Below, piece after piece: positions 12,862-26,269 of a stretch of DNA of 64,000 nucleotides. The notes beneath the pieces are model-generated. The model had not been told where the DNA came from. It ran no database searches and saw nothing but the letters and a program-made list of their open reading frames with translations. The stretch's first letter is position 1. Each line of letters begins with the position of its first letter. Both the position numbers and the translations under genes were made by a program. This DNA is from Macrostomum lignano (Eukaryota): the NCBI GenBank assembly GCA_002269645.1, contig NIVC01000130.1, positions 845,776-909,775 on the forward strand, read 5' to 3'.

Positions 12862-15800
12862 ATGTCTGGCGAATTAACTATCCTGCACTTCAACGATGTG
12901 TACAATGTTGAACCGGGCGAAGAGGTTGGCGGGGCAGCCAGATTTGTGACCGCCCTGCGCACCTATCGACACCTCAGCCCGCTAGTGCTGTTCTCTGGCG
13001 ATGTATTCAGCCCGTCCACGATCAGCACAGTGACTAAGGGCTCGCATTTGATTGACGTGTTGAAAGCTTGCAGCATTGATGCAGCCTGTTTTGGCAATCA
13101 TGATTTCGATTTCGGCATTGACAATCTGGTTCAGTGCTGCGCTGAGACCGGGTTCCCCTGGCTGCTGTCCAACATTATCGATGCTGAGACTGGCGAACCG
13201 TTGGCTGATGCTCGAGAGTTTGTGTGCATCCAGCACGCATCTTCCGGATTGAAGGTTTGAGCTGATTGACATCAAGTTTTATGCTTGAGTTCGATGCAGT
13301 GCTTTCTCAGACCGAATCTTGTTTCGTAGTCATTGGTCGCCACCCTACCAGATCTGTTTGGTAGATATGGTCGCCACCCTACCAGATCTGTTTGGTAGAT
13401 ACGGTCGCCACCCTACCAGATCTGTTTGGTAGATACGGTCGCCACCCTACCAGATCTGTTTGGTAGATACGGTCGCCACCCTACCAGATCTGTTTGGTAG
13501 ATACGGTCGCCATCCTACCAGATCTGTTTGGTAGATACGGTCGCCACCCTACCAGATCCTCAGTTGCCGGACCAGCCTCATAAATTGTCTCCTCTCCGCA
13601 CTTTCCAAGGTGGGCATCATCGGCCTAGTGGAGCTGGAATGGGTGGACACCCTGTCTTCAATAGACGCTGATGACATTGAATTCTTTGACTTTTGCGAGC
13701 TCGGCGAAGAGCTGGCCAAGCAGTTGAAAGAGGGGCCGGAAGCCTGCGACCTGGTGCTGGCGCTCACCCACATGCGCTGGCCTAACGATCGCAAACTGGC
13801 GAGGGCTGCCCGGTATATTGACGTCATTCTGGGTGTGTAAAAATAATTTTGTTATCCTACGTCCTACGACTCGCTCTCTAAAGAGTTAGCGCAAATTTTA
13901 CTTTGCGACAGATAAAAATAGTGTTTCTATTTTTAGTAAATGACGTAATTATATCGCGAGTCTGACGTAATTAATTGAATTATGTATAGATATTTCATTC
14001 ATACTATGATTTAATAATCCTAATAATCTATTTTAGTGTTTTTAAATACTGTACAAAGAAGTTTTTCGCTTATTTTATTTTATTAATTTCAATTGAAAAA
14101 GCACGCGATCACATGGTTTCTATTTTTAGCAACTGACGTCATTCAGTGGTGACGTCAGAATTTTTTATTGAATATTTATCAAATTTTAGGCAATCTGCGA
14201 TCACATGGTTTCTATTTTTAGCAACTGACGTCATTCAGTGGTGACGTCATATTTTTTATTGAATCTTTATCAAATTGTAGGCGGTCACGATCACAACTAC
14301 GGCATTGAGTTCGTCAACAATCGTCTCATCCTGAAGAGCGGCACAGATTTTCGACAATTCACAGTTGTCACATTGGCAGCGCCATCGCGATCTACATGTA
14401 CAACTGGTCAGCCGAGCATTCCCTTAGAGATTCGACTCGAAACTGTCGACGTTGTTGGTAGCAGATTCGCGGAGGATCCGACAGTGGCCAAAGCAATCGC
14501 TGGTCACGTGACAAATCTCGAGCGGAGCATGCAGAGGGAGCTGGGCTCCATCGATTGCCCGCTGGAGTGCCGGTTTAGCCATGTTCGAACTCAGGAGACC
14601 AACTTGGGAAATTTGTTTACTGACATTGTGCTCACGGCTTTGCAGGTGAGTCAGCTTGTTCTGCGCCCCCCCCCCCAACATTAAAAAGAATCGCCCCAAC
14701 CCTACAGTCGCCCCCAACCCTGCTGAGAATCGCCCCCAACCCTACAGTCGCCCCCAACCCTACAGTCGCCCCCAACCCTACAGTCGCCCCAACCCTACAG
14801 TCGCCCCCAACCCTACAGTCGCCCCCAACCCTGCTGAGAATCGCCCCCAACCCTACAGTCGCCCCAACCCTACAGTCGCCCCCAACCCTACAGTCGCCCC
14901 CAACCCTACAGTCGCCCCCAACCCTACAGTCGCCCCCAACCCTACAGTCGCCCCCAACCCTACAGTCGCCCCCAACCCTACAGTCGCCCCCAACCCTACA
15001 GTCGCCCCCAACCCTACAGTCGCCCCCAACCCTGCTGAGAATCGCCCCCAACCCTACAGTCGCCCCCAACCCTACAGTCGCCCCAACCCTACAGTCGCCC
15101 CCAACCCTACAGTCGCCCCCAACCCTACAGTCGCCCCCAACCCTACAGTCGCCCCCAACCCTACAGTCGCCCCCAACCCTACAGTCGCCCCCAACCCTAC
15201 AGTCGCCCCCAACCCTACAGTCGCCCCCAACCCTACAGTCGCCCCCAACCCTACAGTCGCCCCCAACCCTACAATCGCCCCCAACCCTGCTGAGAATCGC
15301 CCCCAACCCTACAGAGAGTCGCCCCCAACCCTACAGAGAGTCGCCCCCAACCCTACAGAGAATCGCCCCAACCCTACAGAGAATCGCCCCCAACCCTACA
15401 GAGAATCGCCCCCAACCCTACAGAGAGTCGCCCCCAACCCTACAGAGAATCGCCCCCAACCCTACAGAGAATCGCCCCCAGCCCTACAGAGAGTCGCCCC
15501 CAACCCTACAGAGAATCGCCCCCAACCCTACAGAGAGTCGCCCCCAACCCTACAGAGAATCGCCCCAACCCTACAGAGAGTCGCCCCCAACCCTACAGAG
15601 AATCGCCCCCAACCCTACAGAGAATCGCCCCCAACCCTACAGAGAATCGCCCCCAACCCTACAGAGAATCGCCCCCAACCCTACAGAGAATCGCCCCCAA
15701 CCCGACCGATAATCTACAATCAGGCCGACTTCGTTCTCGTCAATTCCGGTTCCTTCCGAGCCGACTGCGTACTTCCGGCCGGGCCCTTCCGTTTAGGTGA

Positions 15801-17969
15801 CCTGCACCGAGTGCTGCCAATGCTGGACCCCATGGTGGTGCTGGAGATCGATGCCAAAGGCGTGCTGTCTGTTCTTGAGAACGGCGTCTCCCAGTGGCCC
15901 GCTTTGGAGGGCCGATTCCCGCAGGTGATTCATGGGAGCCGGACTGTGAGACTGGAGTGACGCAAACAGCACCAAGAGTGACACACACTGCACTAAGAGT
16001 GACACACAGACACGAGCAGCGGGAGTGACACACACAGCAGCGGGAGTGACACACACAGCTTCAAGAGTGACACATACAGCAGCGGGAGTGACACACACAC
16101 AGCTTTAAGAGTGACACACACAGCAGCGGGAGTGACACACACACAGCTTCAAGAGTGACACACAATCCAAACTGGGCCCTGCAGGTGTCCGGAATCAAAT
16201 TCCGATTCGACGGTTCCCGCCCGGCCGGTTCCCGAGTTGATCCAAGCAGTGTCCGAATTGGTGGACGAAAACTTCGCTCGGACGCCGTGTACCGCATGGC
16301 AACCAAGCAGTACCTGTACACCGGCCGCGACGGTTACGACATGCTGCCCAACTGTCGGCTTCTTGTCGACGACGAAGAAGGCCCTATCTGGAGCGTAGCT
16401 GTGCAGAACTATTTCCTAGCTAGCGCCGTACTGCATGGCTGGCAACAATTGCGTAATCAGCGACACAGGCATCGCTTGATCTCCATGCAACGCCGCAGGA
16501 CCCTCACCGGCCAGGTGTCCGTCTCTCTGGCTGCCAGGCTTGAAGTCGTGGCAACGGCAGCCGCTACAGCCAACGCCAACGAGGCTGATCCGTCAGATGA
16601 AACTGTGGCCGACGCGGGATTCGATCTATCAGCGGTGACCGACGCCGCTGGCTGCGAGGGCCAGGTGATGAAGAATCGGCGAAGTTCCGAAGGGTAAGAT
16701 GCCGAATGCTGGGTTGGTTGAAATTTTCCTCCTGTGTCTCTGTACATGTAGGTCTGGGATTTACCATCGGCTGTTGTAATTGGAATTCCCCTTAAAATGT
16801 GCATTCACGATTGGGATTTCCCTTTAACGACCTTGGCGACTGGGATTCCCATCCAACGTCTATTCGTGATTGGGATTTCCCTCTAACGACCTTGGCGACT
16901 GGGATTCCCATCTAACGTCTATTCGTGATTGGGATTTCCCTCTAACGACCTTGGCGACTGGGATTCCCATCTAACGTCTATTCGTGATTGGGATTTCCCT
17001 TTAACGACCTTGGCGACTGGGATTCCCATCCAACGTCTATTTGTGATTGGTATTTCCCTTTAACGACCTTGGCGACTGGGGTTCCCATCAAACGGCCAAT
17101 TGGAATTCCCCTTAAATGTTCATTGGTTATTGAGATTCCTTTTCACATTCATTTACGATTATACTTCCTATTTAACGGCCATTAGGAAATTCCTAATTTG
17201 AAATTCGAAATTTGAAATTCCTCTATAGCCCATTTGTGATTGAAATTTTTTCAAAAATTTGGGTTCTCCTCCAATGCCCTTCGAGACAAGAATTCCCCTG
17301 AAATTGAGATTGGAATTTCGCTCGAATGTCTAGTTGGGACTGGCAGTTTCCGAGTTTAAGACTGGGATTCCCCAAATGACCCCTTAATGACTGGGATTCC
17401 CCAAATGACCCCTTAATGACTGGGATTCCCCCTTATTGGCTCTTTATGACTAGGATTCCCCGCTAATGGCTCGTCATGATTGGGATTCCCCCTAATGGCT
17501 CTTCATGATTAGGATCCCCCCTAACGGCCCTTCTTAGCGTCCTTATTAACTAATTGTAAGCGAATGAATCCATGCATGCATAATTGGGGTTCCCCAAAAT
17601 ACGCAGTAGTGTTTGATGAAATTGCAATCATCTTTGCGGACTGGACTTTCTCTTAAACTGTCCGTCTTTGTCTGCTCGACCGTCCTCAGCAGTCAACGCG
17701 CGAAGACGACCCGCGAACGCTGGGCAATGGTCCGTCGGCGGGTTCTGATGGATCGTGAGGAGGCGAAACTGCTGTCAGACCGCAGACCTCTTTGTCCCCA
17801 AGTCGAGGGTCGGATTGTCCAGGGCACCTGGAGTGAAACCGAGGAACCCGATGAAGAGGAAGAGGAGCAGGATGAACAAAGAGCAGTCGACGAAATAAAA
17901 GATGAAGATTTAGTAGACCTGGAACTATCTGCTGCAAATGCTGGAGCTACTGTTGATCTGAAACAATAA
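12862..17969 (+). CDS. 5'-nucleotidase / calcineurin-like metallophosphoesterase with C-terminal 5'-nucleotidase domain (~655 aa, no signal peptide)
   Basis: Exons 12862-13254, 13610-13832, 14281-14645, 15724-15924, 16185-16693, 17693-17969 (1968 nt, in frame). Motifs HFNDVY, SGD, GNHDFD, LTHM, GGHDH, NSGSFR, GRFPQVSG, CPQVEGRI. Confidence 0.9.
13336..13557. repeat. 34-bp intronic repeat with internal hairpin
   Basis: GGTCGCCACCCTACCAGATCTGTTTGGTAGATAC, ~6.5 copies. Confidence 0.95.
14689..15703. repeat. 18-22 bp intronic minisatellite CCCCCAACCCTACAG(TCG/AGAATCG)
   Basis: Directly visible; ends ~20 nt before the acceptor at 15723. Confidence 0.95.
15945..16163. repeat. Intronic repeat GAGTGACACACACAGC...
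   Basis: Directly visible. Confidence 0.85.
16805..17540. repeat. 59-bp intronic repeat followed by degenerate GACTGGGATTCCCC units
   Basis: Period 59 across 16805-17100. Confidence 0.85.
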
Positions 17970-20900
17970 AAACAGTCCGGAGAACTCGTTAAAAGATTAG
18001 GAATAGCAAAATCTGGTGAGTTGCGATCTGGTCGCAGCCATTTTTTTATCGAAACTTTTTTACCACAATACAGCCTGATGCTGTTGTCCGTTTCTTCCAC
18101 TCTATTTATTTAAGTTATGACGCGCTTGAAATTAATTCACTTTTTACTAATATCGCTACTATTTATTTTCAGTAGTATAGATAGAAAAGAAAAATCCTAA
18201 ATGTTGATTTAAATTTTGCGTCAAAGTGGATAAATTGTGCAATGTGCCACTTGCTTTATCAAATATATTTCTATTGATTATAATATTATACTGACAGAGC
18301 TGTGTATAAATTTACTGTGTTATAAAATCACTAGACTTTAAACAGCTTTATTGGTTTTCCTCTACAAGCAGCCAATTCATACACGTAAAATCTACAATAA
18401 AATTCAATTTTTGTTTTCATTGTTTTCATTTTCGTCCATTTTTATAATTCTATCTTGTACTGCTGCCCTCTGTCTGCTGTCTGCCTGTCTGCATGCCTAT
18501 TTTCAATATTTTAAACCCGCATCCTTTACAAGTTTACTGCACTCACATAGATTTTATTATGTAGTTGCAAATTAGTACCGCTTGAATTTGAATTAACTCA
18601 ATTATATTAATCAGAAAGATTTTCATTTATTTAAAAATCTTATTATTCTTGGTTTTAAAGTATATTAATTTTTGAATTGTTTGGGCTAAAATTATTTTAT
18701 ACTAGCATTGTATTTTTGAACTTCGTATTGTTGCACTCGGATTGAATAGCGAATCTAAATGCGGTAGTAAATTGGGTACATATTAAGAAAATTTGCAATT
18801 TTTATACAATTTTTAACAAAAAAATTTGGTATTAAAACAGTATACAGACTACTGAATTTAGCTAAGAGTTAATTCTCTAAAAGAATTGTTATGACGTTTG
18901 TGTCTCGTTTCTAAAATGCTTCTTAGAATCATGACTATGCCAAATTTAAGTAGCTTTATGTAAACCGGTTTTCTCACAGCGCTAATATTTTTAATTAATG
19001 ACTGAAGGATATCGACAAAGTAAAGGTTAAGTGCCTTTTTTGTTTTGTATCTGTTAATTTGATGGCCTACTTGTTATTTTATGCAATAAAGTTCTCTTAT
19101 TTATTTTTAATTTGACATCTAATCTAACAACGAATTAAACGAAATATGTAGGCCTACGTCGTACGTTCTAAATTCTAATTGAATTAAGTAAGTCATGCGA
19201 CGTATGACTAGGGCCTAGCTAGCGCTTAGTGACTTCAGTGCGGGTCATATTACTTGCCATATGAGTATGGAAGTCAAATTTTAGAAAAATTTAGGTCTTT
19301 TTGCAAATATAACTTTCCAATGCAAATACATTGAATAAAAGGCAAACTGCTAGGCCTAGTGAAAAAATACCTTGCCATAGGCCCTTAGTGAAAAACTTTG
19401 AACATTTGAGTATGTAACTTGCTTTTATTGAGATGATTACAAACGAACATCTCATCTTTTTTATAAAAATTGCTTCTTGAAAAATTGTAAAATGTTTTTT
19501 ATTCAATACAAATAAGATTTATCAAGTGTCCTGCAGAATTGTTCATGTAATTATTTTTTCATTTGAATTCATATGGTGATGTGTCCATAATTCCAAAAAT
19601 GATGTCTGTTGGTTTGCCACATTGGGTAGGCTCTAACATGAAATGTGATGCAAGAAATACATCTATGCCTATGGCCAAAATTAGTCCATGGAGTATTTAT
19701 GGTGGCGACAGTTTTTGGCGACTTTCTATACTGGGTTATCTACTATTACCTGCTCTGAATATGTGAAGTTATATAAAGACATGACTATAAGTATAACAAA
19801 CTAACTTGGTATCTAGTTTACCTTTTATTATTTCAATGTTATTTTCTTAGCCTACATTATTCTAAACTCTAAAGTTAGGATGCAAGTTATTTCTATTAAG
19901 GAAAAAAATTACCAAATGATTCTGCAGGATAGCTGATTTATCTTTATATTTGGCTAGACTTGAGGCTAGAGGCAGCCACTAATATATAAGGCCTATCAAG
20001 ACAAAGATATGCCAAACTAGCATATACTGCCTTAGCTTAGGTTGTAAAATTGGCCATTTCTTTTGATAGTAATTGTCTTCATTGCCTTGGCAACTGGCTG
20101 GCTTTATTATGGTGATCTTCTTAGTGGCAGCAAATTCTTTTAGCTTCTTTGCAGTGATTTTCTTGGGCTTTGCCATGAAAACATTGGTGGCATTAAGGTG
20201 GCTGTTGACACAAATGTGCTTTGCCAAGGCATCTTTGAGCTTTAAGATATTGATGCAATAGCCAAGGCCTTAATCTATATCTTGCAGCCATTGGTAAGTA
20301 GGATAGCCTCAATCACCATTGATTATATTGGTACTACAGCTTGGAAGTCCAAAAGTGTAGCTCATTTTTGTCATGGTTCTTTGCTCACAGTAGCTGGTAG
20401 CAATCTCTTAGCCTTGCCCCTTCATTTCATTGAGACATGCAAAGTGCCTTGTTCTCTTATTCTTCTTGTTTAGTAGCTAGTTCAATAGGTGTTGGATCTG
20501 GCATAACTTCTGATAGTTCCTATATAAGTAATAGAGACAAATTCAGCAGACTATAGAATGTCTTTTTTGTAGTCAATGATGGGCTCTCTCAATATTTAGG
20601 ATAATGACTTAGTGGCTGACTCAGTATAGTGGCTCTGAGAAAATGTCTTTGAAATGTTAGCTCTTTGAATAGTGGGGGTGTTTGGCTCTGTGAACTATAG
20701 AGCCTTCTTGGCTACAGAGGGCTTTTATTTATAGGTGGGCTAGCAGGTAACTGGACTGCATCAATGTGTTTTCCATACCTAGGGTAGGCCTGCTAGTTTT
20801 GGTAGATTTGACACAAAAATTTTTAGGTTTTTTATTTATGCTTATAATGTTATTATTTTTAAAATGTTTTTTTAGTAATGTGTCAAATTAAAGATCATAC

Positions 20901-21206
20901 TTTGTAGATTAATATTATTTACAGATTTGCTCTATGTACAATATGTCAGATTTTATGAGCAGATAACTATTAGTAATATGCTATTTTTACTAATTTGCAC
21001 TGTTTCTAATGGCATTTTGCTTATGTCTAGGGCCTGATTGTGATCATAATCATGTTTACAAATTTCTGATTTTGCAACCAATAAACCCATGGTTGTGATG
21101 ATTTCCCACTGAATTTTTCATTGTGATTTCTGTATGTCAATTGATTTTAAAAAAATAAGTACAATAATATCATTGAAAATCATTTGAAAATGAAAAATAT
21201 AGAAAC

Positions 21207-21458
21207 AACAGTTTGAATTTTTTATGAAAAGCTTTATTTTATAATTTACATTTTTCTTTCATTGCACTATAAATATATTCCACCATAGAAAAACAAGTTT
21301 AAGTTACAGACTTTAATATTATATATTAAAACAAATATTTTATTTTTTACTTCTATAACTAGACTACTAAAATAGCATAGATTTCTGTTTATTGCATATT
21401 AATGAAATGAAAAATGTAAATTATGTAGTAAGCTTTTCATAGAAAAATTCAAATTGTT
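21207..21458. repeat. AT-rich inverted repeat (~55-bp imperfect arms, ~135-bp loop), MITE/foldback-like
   Basis: TTTGAATTTTTTATGAAAAGCTT...ATAATTTACATTTTTCTTTCATT pairs with AATGAAATGAAAAATGTAAATTAT...AAGCTTTTCATAGAAAAATTCAAA. Confidence 0.75.
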
Positions 21459-22758
21459 CTTTTAGTATTTTAATTATTTTTAAATATGTTAAATGACCCC
21501 TTGTACCCCTTTTCTTAAAACCTATTGCACACTTTCAGGCCTAGAAAGAGTGTCCTTAGCTTTATTAAATTCATTCCAATAGGGTTTCGGCATAGCTGCA
21601 CAAGCAAATTTTCATAAGCAGGCTGGATGCTATCTGCAAAAACCCCTATTTACTCCAATAGCTAGTCTTAAATGTAGTAGTAGTAGTGTTCCACTATAAG
21701 GAGGGTCCATGTGCCATAGCTCTAGCCATAAGCAAAACTATAGCTTATTCTAATTCTCTATATTCTGTAGCTACCAGGTATAAGGACTCCAATATTACTA
21801 TATTCCCATAGTTCCTATAGCCATAGCCATAGTTTTAATGAAAAGTCTAGGAAAAAAATATTTTGAATCAGGAGATAACAAGTTTCAAAGTCTATAATAC
21901 AGTTTACCAAAGTATCTTTGTTTTATTCTACCTGTTTCTTATATATATTTTTTAAATTAATAACTTTGGCTATGTTAATCTACAGAATATGACAGCAACT
22001 ACACCATATTTCTACAGTCATAGCCATATGAGCAGCTATCTACCATAGGTATATCTATAGTTGCTATAGGCACATATTTTACCATATTTGCTGCAGGATC
22101 TCATAGCCATTGTTGTAGCTATGGAAGAACACTAGTATCTAGACTGTCATTTTAGGATCAAGGTTTTAGGTCCATGATGTAAAAATCACTAGGGTTCTGA
22201 ATAAAAAACAAGCTAAACTTCATCAAATCATCTAATCTGATCACCTGCCAAGTATTTCTAATCAACCAAAGCAATAAAGACAATTCAAATTGTTTTGTTT
22301 GGAATATTTATTTATTTGCTGCTTTTCTGTATTACAACTTTTATCTACATCAATTGTATGTCTAGTGCAGTGTTTTGCTGCCATGCCATATCAGATTTCA
22401 GTGAGAAAATAGATGGCCAACATTGAAAACTGTTTGTAAAAGGGAAGGGGATCAGCAATACAGCTGATGCAATGCAGAATGTTTCCTACTGTGTAATTTA
22501 TGTATATGCATAAGAGAGGTAGATAAAGCAGCTTGTAAACTAGCTACAGACAGTTATCTTAGCTTGATAAAAGTTTTGTTTGTTTGAGGTCCAAAAGTTT
22601 GTTATAAGTGCATTATGTACAAGGTTTTGCGAATGGAACTTTAACCATGTGCATGCACGCAACAGTCTACTAAGTGTTCAGTAGTAAGATTTGTAAATTA
22701 TATTGCAAATTTATTAAAAGCTGTAGCGCCATTTTCTTTGAATCCTTGATGGCTAGGC

Positions 22759-23927
22759 TTAGCCGTCCAGCTTTTTGTAGCAAATAAAGAAATTGTGCTT
22801 GTAGCAGTTGATATCGTGCCACTTATAATCAGTAGCCTTAGAGTTAGCTCGCATAGCCATGCAGTGCTCGTGCTTCCGTCTCATATCCGGCTGCCTGTTG
22901 CCCCAATTGGCGTAGCCAATGTCATCTATTAGTCGATTATCGGCTAGCCAGCGCCACTGGCCTTCGAATGCCAGGTCTGTTGCTCCAATCCAGAATTGCT
23001 GCTTCTGCACATTCATCGACGGTCGCCATTCTAAAGAGAGAGGAACAGTTTGTTTTAATGAGGCCAGTTATACAATTTTTACATCCCATTATGGTTTCTC
23101 AGCAGCTGGATGGCACGGCTAAAGTAAAGAATTGCTCAGAGAGGACCATGCGTGAAATCAGTCTAGTGGACAGAGGGAGGATAGCGATTGCATATTTAAC
23201 CTATGATATGAAGGTTCACGCTTGATTTCCAGGCTCGTTCTTTACCAGTGAAATTGTTGTCTATGGCCAAATCAAGTATTGCTCAACGAGCTCAAGGTTA
23301 ATTGGCCTCGTTTCGAATTATCAAGCTTAATTTTAGTGAGTTTTGGTCATAGACGCTTATGTGGGGCTTCCGAGATCTGTAGAATAAGTAAGTACGGTCT
23401 TTATTCTTTTGGTATCTATGGCAGAAAGACCTAGCTGCGTATTGTTGTTTTAAACTTACGTAGACTGGCTTTAATCTCGTTAGCAACGAAACTCTGCTCC
23501 TGTAGCGAAGTGATCTCGGCTAGCACGGAGTTCATCGCTTCGCAATAGCCTTTAGCGGAGATCCAGCTAGCCTTGAGAAGTACCACCTTGAAGCAGCGTC
23601 GAGCGTGTCTTGGCTCGCGTTTAAATCCTCGTGGGCAGAGCGGGCCGGCGCGTCGACTTAAGTCGTAGGTGATGCTGTAGGGGCCGTCTGCAGTTAAGGT
23701 TTCGATACATTGTAAATAAGCCTAAATATGTAGTTAAAATTCTTCATTCACTACTCACCAACGCTGCTAATTCGCGATGCGCCAATGCCGACGTTGATTG
23801 ACGCTGCTTCTATCGTTGAAAAGTGTTGAACTAGCGCGCTTAAGCATAGCACAGCTAGCCATTGTACTGTTAGTAGCTTGAATGATTTGTTGTTCTTATT
23901 AGTTTCTGTGCCTATGGGCAGTGACAT
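22759..23927 (-). CDS. Secreted C-type lectin (single CTLD, 222 aa)
   Basis: Exons 23927-23759, 23687-23460, 23030-22759 (669 nt, in frame). Hydrophobic signal-like N-terminus (LLTVQWLAVLCLSALV); CP..F..RCF, W..AKGYC, FWIG, QPD, EHC, WHDINC, FIC. Confidence 0.92.
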
Positions 23928-24046
23928 TTTGTATTGGTGTTTTTAAAAAATTGAAACTATTTGATTTCGAGTCACACAATGTCTGGTTTCTTCTGAGCTG
24001 TCCTGTGAATGAAACACTACAGCTAGGAAGGCATGGTTTGGGCCGG

Positions 24047-24055
24047 TATTTATAC
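24047..24055 (-). promoter_or_regulatory. Candidate TATA box of the C-type lectin gene
   Basis: TATAAATA on the minus strand ~120 nt upstream of the ATG. Confidence 0.5.
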
Positions 24056-26269
24056 AAAAATTTTGCCGCTTCCGCGATCAAAGAGGATGCTGGAAGGCTA
24101 AGATGGGGTTGGTCCCGTCTTCTGCCAATCTAAACAGCGCTCTACTCGTATAGTCAGTAGTAGGACTTGGCCAGCCAACCACAAGGAGTGGTTTTCCGTC
24201 TTAGAGTTTAGTATTATTAAGAAGAAGAAATCGGCGGCGGCTTCCTTTCAAGTGTCGGCTAGTCTATTTTTATCTATTCTCTTCGTCTGTTATTGTGCCT
24301 TATTCAAAGACCGCTACGTCGGGACACCTGGATTTTTCTAGGAAATGTTTTGTAATTGTAGGCCTAACGACGGGTTATAATTTGGAAATAGAAACCAAAA
24401 TAGAAACAAACCAATGTTGAAATCAAACTACCCAATAGTTTTAAGTTATATGCACTGCTTCTTTGCATAAAAACATAGTAGAAGCATGTGTTATATCACA
24501 ATGAAATCTTAAATTCTGATTTATAACTTTACTAAACCTTTACTTCTTGTGTGAAGCAAGCAAAAATAGAAGAAAATTAGTAGAAAATGGAATTTTATAC
24601 ACCTGCGGCCAAATTAATGTGACACAAACAGACTTAGGAGTCCCGGTTTTGGCAGAGACGACCATTCGCTGCCTGAAGTCCCTGTGCCAATTGCAAATTG
24701 GATTGCCAACAAAAACAAAGAATGAGCACATTCTAGTGATCTTTGGTCTGAAACAGGTCTTTACGAGTGAATCACGCGGTCTCTCTGTCAGTCCAATTCA
24801 GTATTTTATCTCACAGTTCCGCTCTGACGCAATCTATAAACATCTTTGTGGGTGTAAAAAGAATTAAATTTTCTGTGAGAGGCAGGTCTGATTTAGAAGA
24901 AATAAATGCATATAGTTAGTTTGAAAAAGGTGGTGCATTTTATGCTTGGAATTCGTCTTTTACACACATTCAATGATGGACTGACTGCGAGACTGAAGCC
25001 AGGCCGAAATCGTTTGCTTTTAACCATTTCTGCGCGCTCTATGGGCAACCCCCGTTTTTCCCATTGCCTATTTCTGGCTTTGCGCTGCCGAAACATCAAA
25101 GGATGCCGCCATCTCTCTCCATATTGGGAGGCCGACCTCGCCCAAAAGCTGCTACCCGCCCCCCGACCCAGCACAGCGGGTGGTTTCGGCGGCCCCTACG
25201 GCCACTGCTGTCTGTAGCAGATTGCTGGCCCTGGCGGCACTCTTTGATGCTAAAAAGGCGCGTAGAGGTGGTGGGGGCACGGAGGCTTGTGTGTATTTTT
25301 TGGCGAAAGCTGTGGTTAAAGGCTCGTCTCCCCTCTAAGTCTAGGGTTAATCTCTTCATCCTACCTGCCCCACCCCCTCATCCTTGATAAACACCTTTCA
25401 GTCCGTGGGACGAGACAAGCTACCGTTGTGGGGGGGGGGTTAGTCTTGGATGGAATGATGTCTTCTTTCTTCTAAAAGCTGCCGCCGCCTATTGGGAAGT
25501 TTAGAAAGTTAAAGATGGGACCGCACGATGTCTTGTTTGAGGAATCCCTAATCCTTCTTGCTGATGCCTGTCTAAGTCTGTCCGTCTGTCTGTCTGGTCT
25601 GAAACTTTTCTCTTTAGAAAAAATAAACCGTTGCCCGACTCACGGCTCATAATTGATTTCATTATGCAGCTCGTTTTAGTACTGCGGTCCGTAGTTGTGC
25701 AGTTTTTGGCTATTTCTGCCCGTCCTCCTGGCGGCACTGTTTGATCTTTCATCCGCCCAGGCCTGACGTTGCCGATCAAACGAAATGATGAGAAAAAACT
25801 TGTGCTAATGCGGCTTTAGTCAGCTTCGCGGCCTAGTTACTAATTCACTATTTTCACCAGAGTGAAAAAAGAGAAAATGTGTGACAGGCATAGGAGAAGA
25901 GAGGCTTTAAACAGGCCCGATTCTTGGCGATCAAAGTCGGCAAAATCGGAATTTTTATTTGCCTTTTTTTTCTTCTTTTATCTGTTTCTGAATTCTAGTC
26001 TACTCGTATTTGCGCTAATCGCATTTTTTCTCGCCCATACCGAACTGTTCGATCAATCCTAGTAGAAAAAAGTTGTTCAAATCGAATCGGCCGTCAGTAA
26101 GACTGACTAAACAGTGTCTATTCTTGGAGTCGATTAAATTAAAAATTGCTATTGAAAATCCCAGAAGATTCATCTAGTAAAAAGTTGCTATAAAATCTTT
26201 TGTTATTGCATAATTCAACTTGAATAAAACAAAACATGTGACATATGGCCGAAACGGTTGCTACACATT

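Noticed and set aside
14689-15300. AACCCT-containing repeat as interstitial telomere
   Set aside because: The unit is 18 bp with one AACCCT-like hexamer, not (TAACCC)n
19979-20473. Short ORFs in the CpG-depleted block as active genes
   Set aside because: Fragmented by stops; no recognisable family; treated as a decayed relic
24900-25800. GC-richer intergenic patch with short ORFs and a 19-bp direct repeat (~25232, ~25729)
   Set aside because: No recognisable domain, LTR/TIR pair or RNA fold could be supported
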